Assembly: GCA_951406725.2 (NCBI GenBank)
Contig: OX597837.1
Span: 4,712,001-4,776,000, forward strand
Length of the DNA stretch: 64,000 nt
Direction: 5' to 3'
DNA from: Octopus vulgaris
Taxonomy: Eukaryota
This document shows positions 1-15,030 of this stretch, in pieces. Under the pieces are notes generated by a model, which was not told the DNA's origin, made no database searches, and saw nothing but the letters and a program-made list of their open reading frames with translations. Position 1 is the first letter of the stretch. Every line of letters begins with the position of its first letter. The position numbers and the translations under genes were made by a program.

Positions 1-77
1 GTTCCACGCAGTGGGAATGAACCCGGAACCGTGTGGTTGGTAAGCAAGATACTTACCACACAGCCACTCCTACGCCT

Positions 78-1100
78 GATGGCGATATTGTTAGTGATGA
101 TGATGTTGATGATGATGCTGAGGCGATGATGATGCCGAGGGGAAGATGATGCTGAGGCGATGATGATGCTAAGGGTAAAGGTGTTTTTGTAAAGGATGTT
201 GATGGGGATGTACGAGCCGACGGGTTTGTGGTTGTGGCTGTCGTCGGTGGTGGTGGTAGTGGTGGTGATGGACGTAATGGTAATGGTTATGATGGTGATT
301 CTGGTTGATTCGTGATGATGATACAGACGCTACTTGTATGGGTTATGTCAGTGTTGACAACGATGGTAGCGGTGGTGGTGGAGATGATGGCAGTAATGAT
401 GATGATGATGATGATGATGATGGTTGCGATGGAATTATCGGTGGTGTTGGTTGTGGGAGTGGCAGTGGAAGTCGTGGTGGTGGTGTAGATGCTGATGGTG
501 ACGGATGTCTTGATGGTGGTGGCGGTGGTGATGATGGTGGTGGTGGTGGTGGTAGTGGTGTTGATGATGGTGGTGGTGGTGGTAGTGGTGTTGATGATGG
601 TTGTGGTGGTGGTGGTGGTGGTGATGATAGTGGTGGTGTAGATGCTGGTGGTGACAGATGTGTTAATGGTGGTGGTGGTGGTGGTGTTGTTGTTGATGAT
701 GGTGGTGGTGGTCATGATGATGGTGGTGGTGGTGGAGGTGGTGTTGATGATGGTTGTGATGGTGGTGCTGGTGCTGGTGGTGATGATAGTGGTGGCGTAG
801 ATGCTGGTGGTGACAGATGTTTTGATGATGGTGGTGGTGACGCTGCTGCTGATGGCGATGATGGTGGTGGTGTGATAGGGTAGATGGTGATGATGGCAAT
901 GACGGTTCCGACGGTGCTGATGGTGGCGACACCAATAGTTGTGGATTCGAGGTTGTGGTGGTTGTGATGGTAGTGGTGACGGTAGTGCTGGATGTGAAGT
1001 GGTGGTGGTAGTGAAAATATGATGATGATGGTGATGATGGTGGTGATGGTGGTGGTAGTGGTGTTGGTGGTGATGGTTCTGGTGACGTTAGTAGTGATGA
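78..1100. repeat. GGT/GAT trinucleotide low-complexity tract
   Basis: Degenerate (GGT)n/(GAT)n with internal higher-order duplication of GGTGTAGATGCTGGTGGTGACAGATG. Confidence 0.85.
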
Positions 1101-1556
1101 AGGACGTTGTGGTGGATGTGCGGGTGAGGGCGAGGAGCGAAGAGGGTGGCGTAATGGTGAACTTCTGTGGATTGAAGTAGGGGTGGATGGGGGAACAGTT
1201 CTCGTTGTGTTGCTATATTTGAGAACTTGAGAAAAAAAAAACTATGTCGGAGTCCTGGTGGCAGCGGCGGGGGCGGCGGCAGTGGTGGTGGGTGTGGGGA
1301 AGAAGAAGGCAGGACAGGGCGGAGTAGCTCTCAAATGAGAAATGAAATGCAAAAAAAAAAAATTCAAGAAATATTTCAGAAACTTAAATGAAACGATTTT
1401 CTTTTCTTTCATTTTTTCGTTCATTCTTTTGTGTGTTTCTTTTCTTTTTAGGTTTTAAAGGGTGGGGTGAGGGTAGATTGGGGGGGATGCGAGATGATGA
1501 AACACAGCAGTTTAGCAAAAATTAAAAAAAGATTTTTACTGGTAATACCACTATTG

Positions 1557-1625
<69 letters not shown>

Positions 1626-2240
1626 CTAATAGTACAACTAGTGCCACCAACACAACTATTAATACAACTACAATTATTACTGCTACAATTACTACTACTA
1701 CTAATACTACTTATGCTGTTAGAGTATTGCACTAGTACAGCCACCACAACCAACCACCAACATGTACTATTACCATTATTATTACTATTACATGTACTAT
1801 CACATGCACTATTACCATTAATATTCTCTTCTACTCTAGGCACATGCTCGTAATTTATTTTGGAAAGAGGGACCAGTCGATTAGATTGGCCACAGTACAC
1901 AACTGGTATTTAATTTATCTACCCCGAAAGGATGAAAGGCAAAGTCGACCTCGGCGGAATTTGAACTCAGAACGTAGAGTCACAGGAAATACCACTAAAC
2001 ATTTCACCCAGAGTACTAACGTTTTATCTCTACTCTAGGCACAAGTACGCCGGGTGAAATGCTTAGTGGTATTTCGTCTGTCTTTACGTTCTGAGTTGAA
2101 ATTCTGCCGAAGTCGACTTTGCCGTTCATCCTTTCGGGGTGGATAAGTTAAATGCCAGTTGCGTACTGGAGTCGATCTAATCAACTGGCCCTTCCTCCAA
2201 AATTTCGGGTCTTGTGCTTAGAGTAGAAGAGAATATATAT

Positions 2241-2651
2241 TCTTTACTCTTTTACTTGTTTCAGTCATTTGACTTCGGCCATGCTGGAGCACCGCCTTTA
2301 GTCGAGCAAATCGACCCCGGGACTTATTCTTTGTAAGCCCAGTACTTATTCTATCGGTCTCTTTTGCCGAACCGCTAAGTTACGGGGACGTAAACACACC
2401 AGAATCGGTTGTCAAGCAATGCTAGGGGGACAAACACAGACACGCAAACACACACACACACACAAACACACATATATATACATATATACGACAGGCTTCT
2501 TTCAGGTTCCGTCTACCAAATTCAATCACATGGCATTGGTCGGCCCGAGGCTATAGCAGAAGACACTTGCCCAAGATGCCACGCAGTGGGACTGAACCCC
2601 GAACCATGTGGTTGGTTAGCAAGCAACTTACCACACAGCCACTCCTGCGCC
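2241..2651 (-). mobile_element. SINE family A (tRNA head, CORE-like ACCTTGGGCAAG, AAAAGAGT tail), full length
   Basis: A box TGGCTGTGTGG and B box GGTTC(A/G)G; more than 20 copies or fragments in the window. Confidence 0.85.
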
Positions 2652-2926
2652 TATATATATATATACATATATATATGTACATACATACATTCATATATAC
2701 ATACACACATACATACATACATACATACATACAGGATGGGCTTCTTTCAGTTTCCGTCTACCAAATCCACTTACTAGGCTTTGGTCGGCCCGACGCTATA
2801 GCACGCTTCTTATCACATAACCATTCCTGAGCCTATCTTAATATTTATTTCAAAATGTGTCCTCGTGTGTACCGTTGGCGATTTTTTTCCTCTGTTTTCC
2901 CTTCTCTGGATCTTTCCTTCTCCTAT

Positions 2927-2961
2927 GTTTCTGACGAAGAGCTCCGCTCGAAACGTTAAAC
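2927..2961 (+). ncRNA. Minimal Penelope-type hammerhead motif
   Basis: GTTT CTGACGA A GAGC tcc GCTC GAAA CG T T AAAC, within a repeat at about 2855-3062. Confidence 0.65.
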
Positions 2962-3065
2962 CCTCCTTCTTTCCTTCTTTCCTGAGCGTCCAATAATACT
3001 ATATTTATTCCACGTCCTCGCGTTGTTGTGTTTTTTTTTGCGCTTTCTTGTTTGAATTAACTATA

Positions 3066-3098
<33 letters not shown>

Positions 3099-3121
3099 TT
3101 TTTGTGCTTTCTTGGTTGGAT

Positions 3122-3185
<64 letters not shown>

Positions 3186-3674
3186 TTTTTTTTTTGTGCT
3201 TTCTTGTTTGGATTAACTATATATATATATATATATATACATATAAAACCCTGCAAAAATGACTATCCCCTTCTTCCCCGAAATTACAGGCCTTGTGCCT
3301 ATAACAGAAAGGATGATTATTTCTACTATTATTAATATTATTGCTGTTGCTGTTGTTGTTGATAGTGTTGTTTTAAAAGAATTTCGGAAGTGTCACTGCC
3401 CAAAGATATCAATGGCAATCTCCACCCCAAAACCAACCGCCCACTCCTACATGTAAGAAAGAATCCATCCTGGCCCCCCACCCACCTCCACGCCAAATAC
3501 GCAGCAGTGTAATTCACACCAGGAAACAAGCTTTAAAATGTCTTCGTGTTAAGAATAATTAAAACAAGAACAAAACAAAAACGGAGAATACAACATGTCT
3601 GGGGTAGCATAAACAATATGTCGGTTTCAAATGGAATGTGCCAGTTCTAAGTTCCTGACACACAGACATCTTAT

Positions 3675-4289
<615 letters not shown>

Positions 4290-4518
4290 AATATATATAT
4301 ATATATGGCCGCAGTCAAAATGACTGAAACAAGTAAAAGAGAAAAGAGATATATATATAAATATATATATATATAAATATATATAGGAGATGTACTCGTA
4401 GCAAGTAATTTGATCTGAGATCGTGTGCTGAACGAAAACAATTGAAGCATGGAAGGTGTTTAAAGCCATTTAAGAAACACACAAAAGCCGTTCGATTCAC
4501 TTCAACATTTAAGTTTAA

Positions 4519-4568
4519 TTTGTCAAAATATTTTCGTCGCTAAAATGCGCGACCTGTTCACTGACAAA
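4519..4568 (-). ncRNA. Minimal type I hammerhead with G3-C8 swapped core (inverted partner)
   Basis: Minus strand reads TTTGTCA GTGAACA G GTCGC gcatttta GCGAC GAAA ATAT T T TGACAAA; loop II differs from the partner while the stems are retained. Confidence 0.72.
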
Positions 4569-4588
4569 ACTCCGTGCTGCATCGGATT

Positions 4589-4639
4589 TTTGTCAGTGAA
4601 CAGGTCGCGGTCTTAAAGCGACGAAAATATTTTGACAAA
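4589..4639 (+). ncRNA. Minimal type I hammerhead with G3-C8 swapped core
   Basis: Stem I TTTGTCA/TGACAAA; core GTGAACA; extra G; stem II GTCGC/GCGAC; GAAA; palindromic stem III AATATT; UUU site with predicted cut after 4632. Confidence 0.72.
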
Positions 4640-4737
4640 TTAAACTTAAATGTTGAAGTGAATCGAACGGCTTTTGTATGTTTATTAAATGGCTTATAAT
4701 CACCTTCCACGCTGCAATTGTAAATATATATATATAT

Positions 4738-4813
<76 letters not shown>

Positions 4814-5175
4814 TTCTGTAGAATAATATGTGATATAGCCAAATAAATTTGAAATGTTTATATTTATTTAGCATTATAATTATTCAAGTTGTATAAAAAT
4901 AGTTATTGTCTGCATCATTCGAAAGAGAAATAAATTCTGCATAAGGCGTAAAAGATAAAAATAATTTGTATGGTGTTAGCAACAAAATATTTTGTAAGAA
5001 ATAGAACTTTTATGATCGGTCTTAAATTTATGTTCGCTAGTGTCTTAATATATATATGTGTGTGTTGTGTGTGTGTGTGTGTGCGTGTGTGTATGTGTGT
5101 GTCTATGTGTGTGTGTATAAATGTGTGTGTATGTGTGTATATATTTATATTCTCGCATGATCATGTACAAACATA

Positions 5176-5752
5176 CACAGACATGCAGGAAGTAAATAAA
5201 CACCTTTAATTTTCAAAATTTCTGACCTAAGCGTCTTAATATGTTCTTAACAGTGTAGAATTTCAATGTAATTATTCGTTTTCGTTCCAGGTTCCACTAT
5301 ATTAAAACATTTGCGAAGAGTAACCATGCCACGCACAAAATATTCCGCTCAACTGTCAGATTTTCAAAGAAGTCGTATTGTTGGGCAATCTGAGGCTGGT
5401 CTTTGCCAGCGAAAAATTGCCGAAAATCTTCAGATTCCTCTTGCTACTGTTAATAGAATTATAGTGCAATTCAAAAGCCAAGGAAAAGAATCAATAGATT
5501 TTCGTCCCGACCGACCTGGGCCCTAGGAAAGGAAGCTTCGCTGTTTGAAGAGAATTGTGAAAAACGAACCCCGTTCGAAGACTTCTGACATTGCAAAACA
5601 GCTAGAAGTTAGTCCAAGAACGTGTGTTACATATCTGCATAAGCTTGGGTATTATGGACGAGCAGCTAGAAGAAAACCTCTCCTTCAACCAATTAATATC
5701 AAATAAAAAGTTTGAAAATTAAATGTGTCTATTTACTTCTTGCATGGCTGTG
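5176..5752 (+). mobile_element. Internally deleted Tc1-family DNA transposon
   Basis: About 46-bp imperfect TIRs (CACAGACATGCAGGAAGTAAATAAACAC../..GTGTCTATTTACTTCTTGCATGGCTGTG) with TA on both sides; encloses a transposase N-terminus. Confidence 0.88.
5326..5706 (+). pseudogene. Tc1 transposase DNA-binding domain remnant
   Basis: [76 protein letters not shown]; bipartite HTH and AxxKPLL motif; one stop; no DDE domain. Confidence 0.85.
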
Positions 5753-5762
5753 TATATGCATA

Positions 5763-5839
<77 letters not shown>

Positions 5840-6177
5840 GCGCACACAAATACTGACGTGTGAGTGAAGAAATTCTCTTTGAGGTTAGAAACGCAGTTGA
5901 ATTTAATGCAAATTTGTTTTTTTGAATATTTTATTTCATTAAAATTGCTGTTTTCTTTTTCTTTTCAATTGTTAACAAACCCGAAATTATTCATTCCGGG
6001 AAGATATGCAAACAAAGAGAAAAAAACGAAAATTCGTGGTTTTAAGACCAAAGTGCAGTTCCAAATCCCAAACCAATTTTCTTACACTTTTATTTCTGTA
6101 AGAAAAAAAAAAACACTTTACGCTCTCTCTCTTTCTTTCTCTATCTCATTCTTTCTCTCACTCTATCTCAGTGTATG

Positions 6178-6222
<45 letters not shown>

Positions 6223-6339
6223 TCGAGAATTGCTCGAAATGTGGAGTAAATAAAGAGCCAACAACAGATGAAGGGTCGTTCTATATGTTACTTGTCTAGT
6301 TTTCCATTTGTTTCCCTCGTTGTTCGCATATCCAGGCTT

Positions 6340-7060
<721 letters not shown>

Positions 7061-7409
7061 TTAAATTGACGTTAATAGAATGCGGTCTTAAAATTTCGCA
7101 CAATACATTAACGTCAAAACGAAGATGAGATTAATGAGCGCATCCATTTAATCTTTACAAGTTTGTCTAACGTGACATCGTCGAATATCACAGCTTTAAC
7201 AGCGGTCACTTCGATAAAACGTCCGCCATGTTTATGCCACCACAAAGTAATAAAAGAATCTCTGACTAACTGCTCGACATGCTGGAAGTAGCAGTTAGAA
7301 ATATCTCTGTTATAACTCTAGGCACAAAGCCTGAAAATTTGAATGAGAGTGTCAATCCTGTTATTCTACTTCAATGCTGAGTTGGTACCTAGCTTTATCG
7401 ACGTCGGAA

Positions 7410-7443
<34 letters not shown>

Positions 7444-7700
7444 TAAGCCCAACCACACACATATATTAACAGCCACAAGCACACACAAATTGGTGCTATC
7501 ATTGCACACATACACACACATACACACACACAGACCTGCGCGCATGCACATATCCACACTTACACACACATACATCCTCTTGCATTCTACTGTCTTTGAA
7601 AGAACTTTTTCTTCACCCATTCCCTTCTGATCATTCAAAATGTGACCGCGTGGCGATTTACAGTTGGCGATTTTTTTTCCTGCGTCTTTCCTTTTCCTAT

Positions 7701-7735
7701 GTTTCTGACGAAGAGCTCTGCTTGAAACGTTAAAC
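7701..7735 (+). ncRNA. Minimal Penelope-type hammerhead motif (same family as 2927)
   Basis: GTTT CTGACGA A GAGC tct GCTT GAAA CG T T AAAC; a G-U wobble keeps stem II. Confidence 0.6.
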
Positions 7736-8247
7736 CCTCCTTCTTTCCTTCTTTCCTGAGCGTCCAATAATACTATACTTGTTCCACGTCCTCGCGTTGT
7801 TGTGTTTTCACTATGTGTTTTCATGTTTGGATTAACTTTATATATATATTTATATATATATACACACACATACATGCCTGCATACGTATCAATGTATATC
7901 TATATATATAATATATATGTGTATTCGTGTGTGTGTGTGTGTGTGTGTGTGTCTGTCTGTCTGCCTGCTTATATGTCTGTTTCTGTGTGTGCTATCCTTC
8001 GGAAGGAGTTATTTTATCATTGACTGACTCAAGCTCAACTTTTCTCCGTTTTGTAGACAGAAAACAAGGTTTCACTATACCTTCGTCAAGCTCTAACTGC
8101 ACACTGCAGAGAAAAGCAAGTTGAAACGGAGAGAGAGAGAGGGAAGGGGAGAGAGAAAGAGGGGGAAAGAGGAAGAAAGAGGGAGAGGGAGAAGAAATTG
8201 CGTGTGATATTTGTTCATCAGTTATCTATCTACCAATAATATATATA

Positions 8248-8635
8248 TAGAAAAGAATATTCAGTTTTATTGACTTTCTTCTTTTTATGGCTTTTCTCCA
8301 CATTTTTTCATGCATCAAGCATCCGTGAGCACGTCGAGCTGTTATATACATGTCTTCATACATACGCCAGCGCCAATTTCCCACCACCACTTCTGTTTCT
8401 TTCTCCCCCATACACATTAATACACACTTATATATCTACCTATGTAGAGTGTGTAACGTTTCGAGCGGAGCTCCTCGTCGGAAACATAGGAAAGGAAAGA
8501 TCCAGAGAAGGGAAGACAGAGGAAACGTTAAACCCTCCTTCTTTCCTTCTTTCCTGGACGTCCAATAATACTATATTTGTTCCACGTCCTCGCGTTGTTG
8601 TGTTTTTTTGTGCTTTCTTGTTTGGATTAACTATA

Positions 8636-8689
<54 letters not shown>

Positions 8690-8962
8690 TTTCAAAAATA
8701 TAAGGAAAACACAACAACGGGAAATTTTACAAACGCACGCACACCCACACACACACACATATACATATAGGTAGATATATAAGTGTGTATTAATGTGTGT
8801 GTGGGAGAAAGAAACAGAAGTGGTGGTGGGAAATTGGCGCTGGCGTATGTAAGCAGACATGTATATAACTGCTCGACGTGCTCACGGATGCTTGATGCAT
8901 GAAAACATTTGGAGAAAAGCCATTAAAAGAAGAAAGTCAATAAAAGTAAATATTCTTTTCTA
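8248..8962. repeat. Inverted repeat pair with arms of about 195 bp (8248-8443 and 8767-8962)
   Basis: Arms are near-exact reverse complements, e.g. CATGCATCAAGCATCCGTGAGCACGTCGAGC and GCTCGACGTGCTCACGGATGCTTGATGCATG. Confidence 0.88.
8451..8485 (-). ncRNA. Minimal hammerhead motif, variant copy of the 2927 family
   Basis: Minus strand GTTT CCGACGA G GAGC tcc GCTC GAAA CG T T ACAC. Confidence 0.5.
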
Positions 8963-10200
8963 CTCTTGGCACAAGGCCCAAATTTTGAGGGAGGGGGCCA
9001 GTCGATCACATCAACCTCAGTACGAAACTGGTATTTAACTTATCGAGAGCGAAAGGATGAAAGGCAAAGTCGGGCATGAGTATCAAACAAAAGAACAAAT
9101 ATATTTTTTTCTCACGGGATTGTGTTAGATGTTGTTTGTTCCTTCTCGAGCCATGCCTGGCTCATAAGGGCCGGTTTCCCGGTTTCTTTGGCGTATAGGT
9201 TCATCACATGGACGGGACGCCGGTTCGTCGCAGGTGAGCTGCAAGATGCAGGAGTAAAGAGTGAAAGAAAGTTGTGGCGAAAGAGTCAGCAGAAGTTCGC
9301 CATTATCTTCTGCCGGAACCGCGTGGAGCTTAGGTGTTTCGCTCATAAACACACACATCGCCCGGTCTGAAATTAGAACCCGCGATCCCTCGACCACAAG
9401 TCCGCTGCTCTAAACAACAGGACATGTGTGTTAGATACAGAGAAGTGATGATTCGAGGCTGAAGGAAACAGATTTGATTCCAAGATATGGAAGCATAACA
9501 CAAGAAAGCAATGACCAAGAAAGGCGCATGAATTTGATTTAAAGAAAATTAGAGATCTCAGATTCTGAACTTCATGTTATGGAATAGGAATCAGGGAAAA
9601 TGTTAAATAGTATTGGAAATCAATGACTAATTCTATATATATGTGCCAACATGGATGTATGTATGTAGATTCATATAGAATATATATATATTTGATTTGA
9701 AAAACAATATCCATACATTATCCACACATGTCAAATATGTGTAGGTACGCAGATATACACGTACAAACATATATATGTTTTAGCAAAATACTGTTGCATC
9801 CATACAAATGCATGTGTATATGTGTGCGCGTGTATATATATAGAGAGAGAGGGAAAGAGAGAGAGAGAGAGAGATGGAGGGGTATATTGATAAGATATGC
9901 ACATACAGTTATAAACAACATGGTGTGTATCCCTATATACTTACAGACCGGCACAGAAATAACAATTTTAAAAAGAAATTGTCGTTTAACTACTTACACA
10001 CACACAAACACACACACATATATATATATATATACATCAATATATACATGTATATATATATATATGTATATACATGTGTATGTATATTTATGTGTATATA
10101 TATATATATACTAATATATATATATCAATGTGTATGCATATATGTAGATATATATCTATATCTATATGTGTGTGTGTGTTCGTGTGCGTGTGTGTGTGTT

Positions 10201-10239
<39 letters not shown>

Positions 10240-10870
10240 ATGAATATATGTATTTTACTTGCATATGTATACAAATTCAAAAACACTATCCTACTTACAA
10301 AGATCTACACACACATATAAGACCTTTATAGCTAAAATGTTATTTTGACATATTCCTGCATCTGTACATGAAAAAAAAATGCCATAACCAAATATAATTC
10401 AAGGTATGCGTATCTATAGATCTGCGAGTGCTTGCATAAATGATACATGCCTAAATTAAATGTGAAGGATTTATTAGTATCTGTATACTTATATACGAGA
10501 GAGCGCATGGTCTAGTGGTTAGCGAGGTGCATTCAATATCGAGTGATCAACGTTCAATTCCTGCACTGGATGGTGTATTGTATTCTTGAACAAAAGACTT
10601 CATTCCACCTTCTTCTACTATTGTTTCAACACCTGATTTGTGGAACACGTGTGCTTATTCGGGCAACGTCGAATTTTAGGAAGGAATTGAGCTAATGTAC
10701 ACCACAAATATTTCATTACCATACACAAAACATTTCTGTAGCTTGATCAGTAACAAATTGCGGACCTACTTTTCTCGGACTGCGTGAGGGTAGTGTCATA
10801 TATGTATTTATGTATTTTACATATATTTATGCATGTTTATATATTTATATGTGTGCAACTATTTGTATGC

Positions 10871-10927
<57 letters not shown>

Positions 10928-11275
10928 CATATATATATACACACGCATACGAGGGTATAGTAGAAAACACGTGTTCAAGATGCCACGCTGTGGGACTGAA
11001 CCCGGAACAATGTGAGTTCAAGCAACTATTTACCACAACTACTCTTGAGCCTATATACATACATATGTGTATATACATACATACATACATATTTTCTAGA
11101 TGGTGTAATTTAATTGTTCATTTTGAATTGAACCCGGAACAATGTGGTTCGTAAGCAACTATTTACCACACAACTACTCTTGAGCCTATATACATACATA
11201 TGTGTATATACATACATACATACATACATATTTTTAGATGGTGTAATTTAATTATTCATATAAAAGGTGTTTTTG

Positions 11276-11322
<47 letters not shown>

Positions 11323-11673
11323 TTGATATTTAAATATGTGTGTATACATATATATAATATTTAAACATTTACGTATGTATGTATGTATGTATATATATGT
11401 ATATATATATATATTTTTAATATGCTAGACCACTGGTTTTAATTGATAAATATTGATTTCTACCCTTAATTAATTTTATATAAATAAATATGTTCTCTAA
11501 CCGATAAATTGACTGCTGATAATTATTAGCTGCAGGTTAGTTTCTTCGGGTCTCAACGCGCCATAGTAAAGGCATTTGAAAGATACATTCGAATGTAATA
11601 GGTTGAACTCCACGCACGCGATACTCAGGTATCGTTTTTGCATCTAGTTCAGCAAATTGCATTTATAACGGGC

Positions 11674-11735
11674 CATCCTGACGAAGGCTACAGGTATCTT
11701 TGCGGATAATAATAGCCGAGACTGATCAGTACATG
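11674..11735 (+). ncRNA. Degenerate type I hammerhead (GAAA changed to GAGA)
   Basis: CATC CTGACGA A GGCTA..TAGCC GAGA CTGATCAG T A CATG; perfect palindromic stem III ACTGATCAGT; inside a roughly 470-nt island (11423-11890) between (TA)n tracts. Confidence 0.6.
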
Positions 11736-12379
11736 CATAAGTATTGTATTTCGTAGATTTTCACTTGTTTATTGCTTGGGTTTGTGATGAGTTTGATTTG
11801 AGAACATAATCTTTGTGGAGAATGGCGATTTGACGTCTATATCTAGCATGTTGACTGTCCGCTTTTCGTGTTCAGTCCTTAATTGGTAGATATATATATA
11901 TATACACATATAATAGTAATATGTGAATAAACATATATATGTACCCAAGAATTCATGTATGCAGGAGTTGCATTAGGAACACCAATTTTCTACCCGAGTA
12001 AGACAGTCACGCCAGACAATGTTTTGATATATGTCTATAGCTCATTCATTTATCTATTATCAATATATATTCCGTGCAGCCGCACACTTGTTCAATGTCT
12101 GCTCCTCCACCAGTTCCTTTGTTCTTTAGAGTCTATCAGTTCTGAGTTTAGTAAATTAAAATGATTAAACGAACATTCAACATTATAGACAATGGAACAA
12201 AGGAGAGGCTCTTGCGAAATTGTGCAATTACCTAGAGTAAGTCTGGTATAATTAACCTTGCGTAAGCATACAATATATCGCTTCATCGTCTCTCAATATT
12301 ATTCAACCTCCCGTCGCCTTAGTATATATATGTATAAATATAAATAAATATATATACATACGTATGTATGTATCTATAT

Positions 12380-12438
<59 letters not shown>

Positions 12439-12595
12439 GCTCATATATATATGATATACATATATATATGAAATATATTTTATATATACGAATGTATATA
12501 TATATCATATATAATCGATCCTGTAACATATATATGTATATGTATGCACACACACACATACATACACGCACACACATACACACACATACACACAC

Positions 12596-12642
<47 letters not shown>

Positions 12643-13372
12643 CTGATATATGCATATACTGGCATATATATGCATATTCATATACATGCATATGTGTATA
12701 TGCATATATATTTATAGCTATATTTACCCATCTATCCATGTGTATCTATCTATCGATCTATCTATACATATATACGCATAAATATACATACATACACATG
12801 CATACACACACATATACATGAACGCATACATGTATATATACATATATATATATATTTATATATATATATATGCAAATATCGAAAAATATGTGTAACGCAT
12901 CTATACAAATATACTTAAACGCATGGGCAATAAAACTATAGTATATATACATTTTGTTTTTATATTTTGGCTCCTAAACAAGTTATATATATATATACAT
13001 ACTTATGTATATAACCTGTATATAAATATATATATATAACTCTTATATGCATATATATATATATATTTATATATACATATATATGAATATATATGTACAC
13101 ATATATTTATATACATACACTCACACACACACACAGATATATATATACATTAGTTTTCTTACGACGTCTTAGACATTGAAGCATATAGTCAATGCGGATC
13201 AATGCCGATCAATATTTAACTTATCGATATTACCTGCTTGATATAATTAGCAGCATATCAATGTATGCAAAGATCAATACTTCTCTATTACAATATAACG
13301 CGCCAGCCCTGTCTCTTTGCCTTCTTCATATATATATATATATATATATATACGCTCATCTCTATACGAATG

Positions 13373-13418
<46 letters not shown>

Positions 13419-13448
13419 GAAGAAGGCAAAGAGACAGGGCTATGAATG

Positions 13449-13514
<66 letters not shown>

Positions 13515-13705
13515 CATGGGTATTTGAAACATGTGTCTTTGTGTTTAGTAGCGGTTATGTCAGTTTGCTTATAGGTATAATGCTAATAGTCTGGTAGTTT
13601 CGAATCGATATGTTTAGTTCTTCATTTTCTTCCCTTCTTTACGGTCAGTCATATATCGATTCTGCTCCGCCGCGTCTGTGTATATTATGGAATCGGTCTA
13701 CTTAA

Positions 13706-13749
<44 letters not shown>

Positions 13750-13903
13750 TATACACACATACATACACGGTCCACAAGCACGTCATTTCTCTCTTTCTCT
13801 CTCTGTATATATCTTTGATATGCCTCCATATCCCTATCTTTCTGTCACCCACGTATACATATATGCATATGTATATATACACATATACATATACATATAT
13901 ATT

Positions 13904-13991
<88 letters not shown>

Positions 13992-14627
13992 CAGGAATAT
14001 GTATATATATACACATATATATATATATATATATACCTATATACATACACATGGTATATATACATTTATATGATTATATATAACGTTATAAATGTATATG
14101 CATTTGTAGAAATATATATGCGCGTGAGTATATATATGTATATGTATATATATATGTCTGTGTGTGTGTATAACATATGTATATATATGTGTTATACACA
14201 CACACACATACGTAAGTGTGTGTGTGTTGTGTGTTGTGCTAAACCTAAGCCTGTCCCTGTTAAAAACCTTTCCTAGGTTTTATAATGAATTTGAATATTA
14301 CGTGTGAAACATAAATTTGACAAATGCAATAAACACAAACTTCAACTGCGTAAACATCGACGTTCTTTCGTTATTTCTAGTGAATACACTTTGGCTAAAA
14401 GGTGTCAACGTGCATCTAATGCAAGGTGTCATATGAAACTTAATAATACACCGCAAAAAACTAAATTTGAGAGAAATTTCTACAAATGAATAGCCAATTT
14501 TGGCCCAAATGATATTTTTGAAAAAGAAATAAAAAGAAATAAAAAGCATATGAAGAAAAGCAAAAAGTGAAAAGTTAAACTGAAAAATCTATAGTTCAGA
14601 ATATGTAAACATATGCCAGAACTGAAA

Positions 14628-15030
14628 GTGTGGTAAGTAGCTTGCTTACCAACCACATGGTGCCGGGTTGAGTCCCACTGCGTGGCTCCTTGGGCAAGTG
14701 TCTTTTACTATAGCCTCGGGCCGATCAAAGCCTTCTGAGTGGAATTGGTAGACGGAAACTGAAAGAAGCCCGTCGTATATATGTATACATATATGTGTAT
14801 GTGTCTGTATATGTTTGTGTGTCTGTGTTTGTCCCCCCCCCCAACATCGCTTGACAACTGATGCTGGTGTGTTTACGTCCCCGTAATCTAGCGGTTCGGC
14901 AAAACTGATCGATAGAATAAGTACTGGGCTTCCAAAGAATAAGTCCTGGGGTCGATTTGCTCGACTAAAGGCGGTGCTCCAGCATGGCCACAGTCAAATG
15001 ACTGAAACAAGTAAAAGAGTAAAAGAGTAT
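14628..15030 (+). mobile_element. SINE family A copy
   Basis: From GTGTGGTAAGTAGCTTG to the AAAAGAGTAAAAGAGT tail. Confidence 0.85.

Noticed and set aside
287-935. Gly/Asp-, Thr- and His-rich ORFs
   Set aside because: Translations of a GGT/GAT low-complexity tract; no splice or domain evidence.
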